From positions 16,058,001-16,122,000 of the forward strand of contig CM120646.1 in assembly GCA_051362555.1 (NCBI GenBank): DNA of 64,000 bases, in the 5' to 3' direction. The notes beneath the pieces were generated by a model, which was not told the origin of the DNA, did not search any database, and was given only the letters and a program-made list of their open reading frames with translations. The DNA is from Lingula anatina (taxonomy: Eukaryota > Animalia > Brachiopoda). Positions 13,401 to 26,067 of this stretch are shown piece after piece. The stretch's first letter is position 1. Every line of letters starts with the position of its first letter. The translations under genes were made by a program, and so were the position numbers.

Positions 13401-16400
13401 ACATAGACGTTGTGGTTACTGTATCAGTCGTTACAGCGGACGTTGTAGTTTCTACATCAGTTGTTGACATAGACGTTGTGGTAACTGTATCGGTCGTTAC
13501 AGCAGACGTTGTAGTTTCTGCATCAGTTGTTGACAAAGACGTTGTGGTTACTGTATCGGTCGTTACAGCGGACGTTGTAGTTTCTACATCAGTTGTTGAC
13601 ATAGACGGTGTGGTTACTGCATCGGTCGTTACAGCGGACGTTGTTGTTGCTGCATCAGTTGTCATAGTTGTTTCAGCATCAGTTGTTGGAATAGATGTTG
13701 TGGCTTCTGCAGCATTCGTATATGTAGACGCCGTTACTGCTTCATTAGTTGTTACAAAACTTTCTGCGTCATGTGATAAAACGGACGTTGTAGTTACTGC
13801 ATCAGTTGTTGAAGTAGAGGTTGTAGTTACTGCATCAGACGTTACAGTAGACGTTGTTGCTGCATCAGTTGTCACAGTTGTTTCTGCGTAAGTTGATGAA
13901 TCAGATGTTGTAGATTTTGCATTACTCGTTACTATAGACGCTGTTGCTGATGCATCAGTTGTCACAGAATTTTCACCAACAGATGTTAAGTCAGATATTG
14001 TAGATTCTGCATCACTTGTTGAAGTAGACGTAGTTGTCTCTTGATCAATTGTCACAGGTGTTTCTGCGTTAGTTGATAAAACAGACGTTGTAGTTTCTAC
14101 ATCAGTTGTTGACATAGACGTTGTGTTTACTGCATCGGTCGTTACAGCGGACGTTGTTGTTGCTGCATCAATTGTCATAGTTGTTTCAGAATCAGTTGTT
14201 GAAATAGATGTTGTAGTTTCTGGATCATTTGTTGAAGTAGACGTAGTTGTTTCTGGATCAGTTGTTGACATAGACCTTGTGGTTACTGTATCGGTCGTTA
14301 CGGCGGACGTTATAGTTTCTGCATCAGTTGTTGACATAGACGTTGTGGTTACTGTATCTGTCATTACAGCAGACGGTGTTGTTGCTGCATCAGTTGTCAC
14401 AGTTGTTTCAGTATAAGTTGTTAAAATAGATGTTGTTGTTTCTGCAGCATTCGTTAATGTAGACGCGGTTGTTGATGACTCGGTTTTTACAGTTGTTTCA
14501 GCATCAGTTGTTGAAATGGATGTTATAGTTTCTGGATCATTTGTTGAAGTAGACGTTGTTGTTTCTGGATCAGTTGTTAACATAGACGTTGTGGTTACTG
14601 TATCAGTCGTTACAGCGGACGTTGTAGTTTCTACATCAGTTGTTGACATAGACGTTGTGGTAACTGTATCGGTCGTTACAGCAGACGTTGTAGTTTCTGC
14701 ATCAGTTGTTGACAAAGACGTTGTGGTTACTGTATCGGTCGTTACAGCGGACGTTGTAGTTTCTACATCAGTTGTTGACATAGACGGTGTGGTTACTGTA
14801 TCGGTCATTACAGCGGACGTTGTTGTTTCTACATCAATTGTTGACATAGACGGTGTGGTTACTGTATCGGTCGTCACAGCAGACGGTGTTGTTGCTGCAT
14901 CAGTTGCCACAGTTGTTTCAGTATCAGTTGTTGAAATAGATGTTGTAGTTTCTGCAGCATTCGTTAATGTAGACGCCGTTGTTGCTTCATCAGTTGTTAC
15001 AAAATTTTCTGCGTCATGTGATAAAACGGACGTTGTAGTTTCTGCATTAGTTGTCAGAGTTGTTTCTGCATTAGTTGATGAAGCAAATGTTGTAGATTCT
15101 GCATTACTCGTTACTGTAGATACTGTTGTTGATGCATCAATTGCCACAGATGTATTAGCATCAGTTGTTAAAACAGACGTTGTACTTTCAGTTTCAGCTG
15201 TTGAAGCAGACGTTGTAGTTACTGCGTTAGTCCTTACAGTAGATTTTGTTGCTGCATCAGTTGTCACAGTTGTTTTTGCGTAAGTTGATGAAGCGGGCGT
15301 TGTAGATTCTGCATTACTCGTTACTGTAAACGCCGTTGTTGATGCATCAGTTTTCACAGTTGTTTCAGTATGAAATATTAAATCAGACGTTGTAGTTTCT
15401 GCATCAAATGTTGAAACAGACGTTGTAGTTTCTGCATCAGTCGTTACTGTAGACGCGGTTGTTGATGCCTCGGTTTTTACAGTTGTTTCAGCATCAGTTG
15501 TTGAAATGGATGTTATAGTTTCTGGATCATTTGTTGAAGTAGACGTAGTTGTTTCTGGATCAGTTGTTGACATAGACGTTGTGGTTACTGTATCGGTCGT
15601 TACAGCGGACGTTGTAGTTTCTACATCAGTTGTTGACATAGACGGTGTGGTTACTGTATCGGCCGTCACAGCAGACGGTGTTGTTGCTGCATCAGTTGCC
15701 ACAGTTGTTTCAGTATCAGTTGTTAAAATAGATGTTGTAGTTTCTGCAGCATTCGTTAATGTAGACGCCGTTGTTGCTTCTTCAGTTGTTTCAAAATTTT
15801 CTGCGTCATGTGATAAAACGGACGTTGTAGTTTCTGCATCAGTTGTCAGAGTTGTTTCTGCATTAGTTGATGAAGCAAATGTTGTAGATTCTGCATTACT
15901 CGTTACTGTAGATGCTGTTGTTGATGCATCAGTTGTAACAGATGTTTCAGCATCAGTTGTTAAAACAGACGTTGTAGTTTCTGCATCAGTTGTTGAGGTA
16001 GACGCTGTAGTTACTGCATCAGTCGTTACAGTAGACGCTGTTGTAGCTGCATCAGTTTTAACAGATGTTTCAGCAATAGATGTAAAATCAGCCGTTACTG
16101 CTTCATTAGTTGTTACAAAACTTTCTGCGTCATGTGATAAAACGGACGTTGTAGTTACTGCATCAGTTGTTGAAGTAGAGGTTGTAGTTACTGCATCAGA
16201 CGTTACAGTAGACGTTGTTGCTGCATCAGTTGTCACAGTTGTTTCTGCGTAAGTTGATGAATCAGATTCTGCATTACTCGTTACTATAGACGCTGTTGCT
16301 GATGCATCAGTTGTCACAGATGTTTCACCAACAGATGTTAAGTCAGATATTGTAGATTCTGCATCACTTGTTGAAGTAGACGTAGTTGTCTCTTGATCAA

Positions 16401-19400
16401 TTGTCACAGGTGTTTCTGCGTTAGTTGATAAAACAGACGTTGTAGTTTCTACATCAGTTGTTGACATAGACGTTGTGTTTACTGCATCGGTCGTTACAGC
16501 GGACGTTATAGTTTCTGCATCAGTTGTTGACATAGACGTTGTAGTTACTGTATCGGTCGTTACAGCAGACGTTGTAGTTTCTGCATCAGTTGTTGACATA
16601 GACGTTGTGGTTACTGTATCGGTCGTTACAGCAGACGTTGTAGTTTCTGCATCAGTTGTTGACATAGACGTTGTGGTTACTGTATCGGTCGTTACAGCAG
16701 ACGTTGTAGTTTCTGCATCAGTTGTTGATATAGACGTTGTGGTTACTGTATCGGTCGTTACAGCAGACGTTGTAGTTTCTGCATCAGTTGTTGACATAGA
16801 CGTTGTGGTTACTGTATCGGTCGTTACAGCAGACGGTGTTGTTGCTGCATCAGTTGTCACAGTTGTTTCAGTATCAGTTGTTAAAATAGATGTTGTAGTT
16901 TCTGCAGCATTCGTTAATGTAGACGCTGTTGTTGATGCCTCGGTTTTTACAGTTGTTTCAGCATCAGTTGTTGAAATGGATGTTATAGTTTCTGGATCAT
17001 TTGTTGAAGTAGACGTAGTTGTTTCTGGATCAGTTGTTGACATAGACGTTGTGGTTACTGTATCGGTCGTTACAGCAGACGTTGTAGTTTCTGCATCAGT
17101 TGTTGACATAGACGTTGTGGTTACTGTATCGGTCGTTACAGCAGACGGTGTTGGTGCTGCATCAGTTGTCACAGTTGTTTCAGTATCAGTTGTTAAAATA
17201 GATGTTGTAGTTTCTGCAGCATTCGTTAATGTAGACGCTGTTGTTGATGCCTCGGTTTTTACAGTTGTTTCAGCATCAGTTGTTGAAATGGATGTTATAG
17301 TTTCTGGATCATTTGTTGAAGTAGACGTAGTTGTTTCTGGATCAGTTGTTGACATAGACGTTGTGGTTACTGTATCGGTCGTTACAGCAGACGGTGTTGT
17401 TGCTGCATCAGTTGTCACAGTTGTTTCAGTATCAGTTGTTAAAATAAATGTTGTAGTTTCTGCAGCATTCGTTAATGTAGACGCTGTTGTTGATGCCTCG
17501 GTTTTTACAGTTGTTTCAGCATCAGTTGTTGAAATGGATGTTATAGTTTCTGGATCATTTGTTGAAGTAGACGTAGTTGTTTCTGGATCAGTTGTTGACA
17601 TAGACGTTGTGGTTACTGTATCGGTCGTTACAGCAGACGGTGTTGTTGCTGCATCAGTTGTCACAGTTGTTTCAGTATCAGTTGTTAAAATAAATGTTGT
17701 AGTTTCTGCAGCATTCGTTAATGTAGACGCTGTTGTTGATGCCTCGGTTTTTACAGTTGTTTCAGCATCAGTTGTTGAAATGGATGTTATAGTTTCTGGA
17801 TCATTTGTTGAAGTAGACGTAGTTGTTTCTGGATCAGTTGTTGACATAGACGTTGTGGTTACTATATCGGTCATTACAGCAGACGTTGTAGTTTCTGCAT
17901 CAGTTGTTGATATAGACGTTGTGGTTACTGTATCGGTCGTTACAGCAGACGTTGTAGTTTCTGCATCAGTTGTTGACATAGACGTTGTGGTTACTGTATC
18001 GGTCGTTACAGCAGACGGTGTTGTTGCTGCATCAGTTGTCACAGTTGTTTCAGTATCAGTTGTTAAAATAGATGTTGTAGTTTCTGCAGCATTCGTTAAT
18101 GTAGACGCTGTTGTTGATGCCTCGGTTTTTACAGTTGTTTCAGCATCAGTTGTTGAAATGGATATTATAGTTTCTGGATCATTTGTAAAAGTAGACGTAG
18201 TTGTTTCTGGATCAGTTGTTGACATAGACGTTGTGGTTACTGTATCGGTCGTTACAGCAGACGTTGTAGTTTCTGCATCAGTTGTTGACATAGACGGTGT
18301 GGTTACTGTATCGGTCGTTACAGCAGACGGTGTTGTTGCTGCATCAGTTGTCACAGTTGTTTCAGTATCAGTTGTTAAAATAGATGTTGTAGTTTCTGCA
18401 GCATTCGTTAATGTAGACGCGGTTGTTGATGCCTCGGTTTTTACAGTTTTTTCAGCATCAGTTGTTGAAATGGATGTTATAGTTTCTGGATCATTTGTTG
18501 AAGTAGACGTAGTTGTTTCTGGATCAGTTGTTGACATAGACGTTGTGGTTACTGTATCGGTCGTTACAGCAGACGTTGTAGTTTCTGCATCAGTTGTTGA
18601 CATAGACGTTGTGGTAACTGTATCGGTCGTTACAGCAGACGGTGTTGTTGCTGCATCAGTTGCCACAGTTGTTTCAGTATCAGTTGTTAAAATAGATGTT
18701 GTTGTTTCTGCAGCATTCGTTAATGTAGACGCCGTTGTTGCTTCATCAGTTGTTACAAAAATTTCTGCGTCATGTGATAAAACAGACGTTGTAGTTTCTG
18801 CATCAGTCGTTACAATAAACGTTGTTGTTCCTGCATCAGTTGATAAAAGAGTCATTGTAATTTCTGTAACAGTCGTTACAGTAGATGGCGTTGTTACTTT
18901 GCCTGTTGATATAGATTTTTCAGTATCAGTTATTAAATCAGATGTTGTACTTTCTGCATCAGTTGTTAAGGTTAACGTTGTCGTAACTTCATCAGTCGTT
19001 ACTGTAGACGTTGCTGTGGATGCTTCGGATTTCAGAGTTGTTTCAGCATCAATTGTTAAATCAGACGTTTTTGTTTCTACATCACTTGTTGAAGTAGACG
19101 TAGTTGTTTCTGCATCCGTTGTCACAGTTGTTTCTGCGTTAGTTGATAAAACAGACGATGTAGCTTCTGCATCAGTCGTTACTGTAGACGCTGTTGTAGA
19201 CGTAGTCTCTGCATCAGTTGTTGAAGCAGATTTTGTAGATACTGCATCAGTCGATACTGTTAACTCTGTTGTTGCTGCTCCTGTTGTCACAGATATTTCT
19301 GCATCAGATGTTACATCAGACGTTGTAGTTTCTGCATCAGTCGTTACAGCAGATATTATTGTTGCTGCATCAGTTGTCACAGATTTTTGAGCAACAGATG

Positions 19401-22114
19401 TTAAGTCAGACGTTGTAGTTTCTGCATCCCTTGTTGAAGCAGACGTTGTAGTTACTGCATCAGTCGTTACAGCAGACATTGTTGGTACATCAGTTGTCAC
19501 AATTGTTTCTGCTTTAGTTGATAAAATAGAAGTTGCAGTTCCTGCATCAGTCGTTATAGTAGACGTTGTTGTTGTTGCTTCAGTTGTCACAGATGTTTCT
19601 GCACTAGTTGATAAAACAGACGTTGTCTCTGCATTAGTTGTTGAAGCAAATTTTGTAGATATTGCATCAGTTGTTACTGTTGAAGTTGTAGTTGCTGCAT
19701 CAGTCGTTACAGTAGACGTTGTTGTTGCTGCATCAGTTGTCACAGATATTTCAGCAACAGATGTTAAATCAGACGGTGACGTTTCTGCATTAGTTGTTGA
19801 AGCAGACATAGTTGTTTCTGGAACAGTTGTTACAGTTATTTCTGTGTTAGACGATAAAACAGACGTTGAAGATCCTGCATCAGTTGTTGACATAGACGAT
19901 GTGGTTACTGCATCGGTCGTTACAGCGGAAGTTGTTATTGTTGCACCAGTTGTCACAGTTGTTTCAGCATCAGTTGTTAAAATAGTTGTAATTTCTGCAT
20001 CATTCGTTAATGTAGACGCCGTTGTTGCTGCATCAGTTGTCACAAAAATATCGGAGTCATATGATAAAACGGACGTTGTAGTTACTGCATAAGTCGTTAC
20101 AGTAGACGTTGCAGCATCAGTTGTCACAATTGTTTCTGCGTTAGTTGATAAAACAGGCGTTGTAGTCTCTTCATCAGTTTTGGAAATAGACGTGGTAGTT
20201 ACTGCATCAGGTGTTAATGTTGACGTTGTAATTGCTGCATCAGTCGTTACAGTAGACGCTGTTGTTGCTGCATCAGTTGTTAATGTTAACGTTGTCGTAA
20301 ATGCATCAGTCGTTATTGTAGACGTTGTTGCTGATGCCTCCGTTTTCACAGTTGTTTCTGCATCAGTCGTTACAGTAGACGTTGCTGCTCCAGCAGTTGT
20401 TAAAGTTGTTTCTGCACTGGTTGATATAACAGACGTTGTAGTTTCTGCATTAGTCTCTAATGTAGACGCCGTTGTTTCTGCATCAGTTGTCACAGATGTT
20501 TCTGCGCCATTTGATAAAACAGACCCTGTAGTTTGTGCATCAATTGTTGATGCAGATGTTGTAGTTACTGAATCAGTCGTGTCTAAAGACGTTGTCATGA
20601 AATAGGTCGCAGATGAAACTGTTGTTACTGTATCAGTTTCTACAGATGTTTCAGAATTAGTTATTAAATCAGATGTAATAGTTTCTGCATCAGTTGTTAA
20701 GGTAAATGTTGTAGTAAATGCATCAGTCGCTACTGTAGACGTTGTTGTTGCTGCATCAGTTGTGACGGATGTTTCGCCACCAGATGTTAAATCAGATGAT
20801 GTTGTTTCAGCAACTGTTGATGCAATAGATGTTGATTCGGCATCAGTAGTCACAGAGGATGTTGTTGTTGTTGTTGCACCAGTTTCCACAGAAGATGCTG
20901 TTTCCGTATCAGTTATTGGAGCAGATGTTGTTTCTGTGACAATTGTCAAGACGGGAGTCGTTGTTGCACCTGCCTTAGTGGTCTCAGAAGATGTTGTGTC
21001 AGTATCAGTTATCACAGAAATTGTTGATTCTGTGTCATTTGTTACAACAGCCGTTGTTTTCATGTCATCAGTCATAGGAGACATTTCTGTTGTTGCATCA
21101 GTTATCAAAGTAGACGTAGATTTTGTATCACTTGGTACTAAAGTTGATGTTGTCTCTGCGTTTGTCGTCACATTAGTCGTAGTTATTTCTGTGTCAGTTG
21201 TCATTAAAAAGGTGGTTTCTGTATTAGTTGTAACTACAGGCGAAATCGTTGGTTCTGCATTGGTTGTCATAGATGACGATATCGCTTCTGCATCTAGTGT
21301 CACAGAAGATGTTGTTTGTGCCTCAAATGCCACATCAGCTGTTGCTACTGTTGTTGTAGGCATGGTCGTTGTTTCAACGTCAGCCGTTGCTATTGTCGTT
21401 GTAGGCGTGATCGTTGTGACTTCATCAGTTGTTGCTAGTGTTGTTGTAGGCATGGTCATTGTTACATCATCAGTTGTTTCTAGTGTTGTTGTTGTAGGCG
21501 TGATCGTTGTGACTCCATCAGTTACTATCGTTGGTGTCGGCATTGTCGTTGTTACAACATCAGCTGTTGCTACTGTTGTTGTGAATAATGCACCTTCATC
21601 CGTTTTTCTTATCGATGTCTCCACAATCGTTTCCTCTTTAGTCGACGCATAAAAATATGTGTTTTTAGTAACCGTTGCTTCTAAATTCGTTTCGAAATAC
21701 ATGTCCCCTGCTGTTGATATTTCAGTTAATGAATCAAATTGAGGTCTACTTTCAGGAAACATTGTGGCCAGAGCAGTGTTGGACACAGGGTCAGTTGAGG
21801 AGTAGTCTAAAGTAGAAGTCCAAGAGTTTATCACAGATACTGTGTCTGGTTCAGAGGCCGTGCTGTCAGCCCAGCCCGGTGCCGTGGTAGTAGAAGACGA
21901 ATGAAGTGCTGTCACTGAATTCCCGGCCGCTGATGTAGGTGCCATATTGGTGCCACTGGTATCGTCTACAAAACCTGGCAGGGTGATCATCGTTGATTCC
22001 CCTGTACCCTGATCTGTATTAGAAAATAAGTTATAATCTCAGATTTGTATCTTATCAACGAGCTACTGTCAACGTTAATTTTCAGCATTATATAATAATG
22101 ATATTTTGTATGTT

Positions 22115-22154
<40 letters not shown>

Positions 22155-25100
22155 TTGTAAAATGCACTAATATTAAATGGGCCGGTGCAATGAAATACAA
22201 TGAACTCGATATCATGTGGTTTAACCGTCTTTTAGTGCTTGGACACTATTTTCTTTTGAGATTTTAACTCAGACTCCCTTTCTGCTTCAAGTTCTGGATA
22301 TACAGACTTGACATTTAATATGGAATATTTTTTTCGAAATAATTTTTTATCAGTTTTTTCCTATTTTGCGGACTGATAAATGAAAATAAGGATTAAAATC
22401 GTGTTTTAATAACTTTAAATTATATATTTGATGTCATTGAGACATCAGTTCATTAATGGAATTCGCCAGAGAAACAAACAAAAACACATTGCCTATTCTA
22501 TGTCATGCGACTCCCATTAAAAGAGATATTTTGGATCTCCATAGTTTCCAAATTATCGTCTGTAAAAGGGTAATACGCTCCACAAAAGACCCTCATGTCA
22601 GTTGCTAGTCACAGTAATGGTCGTTGTTACGCCTGGCCTCTTCGTGGCTGTTGCCAGCGCTCTCAAGCGGCAAGGCATTTCTTGAGGGTAGGTTTTTAGA
22701 GTTCAATCTGGAATAGCATTCTAGGCATCGGTCTGAAATAGTCCAATCTGGTCCAGTTTTGTTGTAGGACATGTAGGCAGTTGATTGGTGAGTAATGGTC
22801 TACCGAAATATTGTCTATGTGGTTCAAATGTGGCGATTTTGATGACCAGGGTAGCTGCTCATCCCCTTGGTTCTGTAAGTTATCTGCTATTAAAAGTGCT
22901 CTGTGTGAACCTGCAACCTCATCGTGCAACCTAGAATTGTTCCTAAGGTGCCCCCTATCAAATGATAGTCAAGTGGTTCCGAGATTATCCCTTTATTTGA
23001 TCTGGTTCAGGTTTTCGTCGATGACTACCATTGGTGTTTTGGCACCAATGTGGAATCTACTCCAAATACTGACGCTGTCAATCACCCTTGTCACTTTAGA
23101 CACGGCATATGCTTCGTCGTAGGCCTCTTCTGGATATCTGTAAACTCTGTTTTGACTAATTGGGCGTTACAGGTGAAATCTGACCTCAATAAAGAAAGCC
23201 ACGCAGTTTCAGTGTTCTACCCAGAATCGTTCATGGCCCCCAATTCATTAGAGAAACAGACGACGATGTTTTGCTGTATACAGTGGGTACCTCAGAGGTC
23301 ATTAGGTGTTCTTACCTGCTTAAACCAGTTTGGTGTTCGCTAAGGGCTTTGAAAAACGCATTTTAGTGGCAAATTACCCCTCGTTCTGAACGGACTAAGT
23401 GTTTTTTGTTTAGTTGCAGCAGCGTATCCCGAAAGACAGTGGGTCCTGTACCCTGTAGGTAAAATGTTGATACATTGGGGGTGACCTCTGTGTAGGTACA
23501 TCAGTCTGGGCATTACTCTATAAAACTGTGGGGACCGTTCCGTTTGGCGCTATGATCTGTCTGGTGATGTCCGTCTTTTTCGCGCCATTCTGCCTTAGAT
23601 TAACAAATTTGTAATGCACTTCTTGACTCATCTTACGCACTGCAAAACTGGCCGCTTGCATGCAAAATTTCAAATTTTTCTATGCAGTAGTTGCTGAAAT
23701 ATGGATACTTTTTTGACAGAACCAAGCTTTGCCTAAGCCAAGCTTTGATCAGCCCAAAGGAACACTACCCAATTAAATCACTGCAAATTACATAGTGTAG
23801 CAGCGCAACATGCATGAAAGTCAGTTAATTGGTAGTGACACACATGACTGCATACTTTTACATTCACAAATCTTATATGAAATCGGAGTTTTTTGAAAAA
23901 AGAACGTATTTTTACCTAGGTATACCTTCGAAACTGAAATATTCCATATTAAATGTCAAGTCTGTATTATTCCATTACGGGGGTTTCATGTACGGAACGG
24001 TTTCATGTACTCCGCGTCACAACAATTATAAAAAGAATTTCAGTTTCATTTCCCCTATTATGTAGTATGACTTTGTGATAATTGAAAAGTATTTTAGAGT
24101 GGAATAGATATACTGAATAATTAAAAAAAAAAAACTTGGCACAAAGGCAACTGTAACTAGGGGAACTGCGGCTGGGTGTATCATAAAGAAGATAAGAAGC
24201 TTAAAAGAATCATAAAATCACTTTAAGTCGTGTTATTGGCTTATAAAATGCTAGTCAGCTTGCAAAACGGACAGGAGTTCATATCATACTTGTGCTCGGT
24301 TGCAATTTCCATTTAAAATATAGAGCACCTAAATTTATTCATTGTTATGAAGGGCAAACACCTGTACATCTTAACATTTTTTATTAAACAAATCTCATTG
24401 AAGTTTTTCTTGTTTAAAGTAAGTGCCTTTTATGCATGGTGCGGCGGTTATTGTGTACAGATCCTATGCTATTACGTGTAATCCCCGTATACCTGTCACC
24501 CCTGGAGTGTGAGGATAGCCGAAATTCAAGCACGCGCCCATTGACACTCCTTAAAGCCCACTCCAGGTGCCAACTTCTGGTGGTGTGTATTGACCGCATC
24601 GCTTAACGACACTACAACAGACGTGAGATCATTTCCGAGTGAGCCCCGATTGAGTTTACTCACGAAAGCAACGCCGCTTTGTCTCCAGGTGATGTACAAG
24701 AGAAGGTGTTTAGATATACCCTAGCTATCGATGTCTTCTAAATAAGCTTTCACTTTTACAGATCGGATATAAATGTAAACACAATAAATGATATTGCAAG
24801 TGCGCCGATCATTTGTTCTTTCGAGAGTCTAATAAAGAATCTGCCTTTTTTTATATCATACAGCCGTTCGATATTTCGAAACAAAATATAATTGTCTACT
24901 GATTTTTGACGAATTTTTAGCATTGTGTAAAACACAAAACTTCAGGGGGGTTTGGAGAACCGGGTAAGGGTTTTTAATATAAAAGTTATGCGTTGTCAAA
25001 CATCATATTCAAATTTGCCTTGGGCCGGCTTTTATACTCTTTGCTGGGTCCTGGAGTACATGTAGGTATTTTTGGCGTTACTTTTGAATCAAAACTGAAG

Positions 25101-26007
25101 ATTTGTCATTAAAATAACCGTTTAGTTTTTGTATCTAAGAAATAAATAAGTTTGATTGAAATGCATCTATAGTCTAAATTATTTACTTTGTATGAATCAA
25201 AACAAACAAGCATTTTCATGGTATAGTGCGGACGCATCCAATTCAGTCGAGATCACCTTTAACAAGTAGATATGAGAGTTAATCTTTTTTTCTTGTGGTA
25301 ACTACTGACCCCATTGATTTCAGTGTCGTCATACTGCCATAAATACATCACCTTGGTGCTAGAATGTGTAACAGTAACACACAGGGTAGGAATCAAGTAG
25401 AAAGTCAATACATAACCAGACCAGTGCGATGACCAAATATTAACACTGATGTAATCAATCAAGTCTACAATTTAATCCCCCTATTCCCCTGCGACAATGT
25501 TTGCTGAGACACACTTAATGCCTATCATCGTAGCTACAATCGATAGTGTTGATGCGTATACAGTGAAATGACAATATCAAAAACGTTGAGTATTCATCCA
25601 AAATTAGAATTCTTGGAAAATTGCATATAATAATCAATTCGCCTTAGGAGAACAAGTTCGTAAACCAAAAAGTGAAAACGCCAGAATCCACCTCCAGTGT
25701 TGGAGACTTGGTGAGGTGTGGGCGGAGAGGCTACCAAGCAAATTTGGACATGCGCATTGTGTCAAGAAAACTGAGATTTAACTCAACGGCTGGAAGTGGC
25801 AGATACATAATAATAATAATAATAATATTTATTTCTTATATAGCGCATTCCATTTTTTACATTTCAATGCACTTTACAAATAATTAAAAAAAGTCTAAAA
25901 ATAACAATACATGAGAGGAAGAAGCAATCTACCATCAAATTCTGTTGTCAGTTTTGGGGTTAATTTTTAGACGACTGAGATTTAACCGGCTAATGTTCTT
26001 TCTACAA

Positions 26008-26067
<60 letters not shown>

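Noticed and set aside
6908-21652. Long plus-strand Val-rich ORFs (up to 1566 aa)
   Set aside because: Antisense shadows of the Thr-rich repeat exon (ACA/ACT codons read as Val-rich on the other strand); no signal peptide, splice context or domain.
24414-24745. Exon-like GC-richer segment in the mucin intron
   Set aside because: Each splice combination tried met an in-frame stop or incompatible phase; no recognisable motif.
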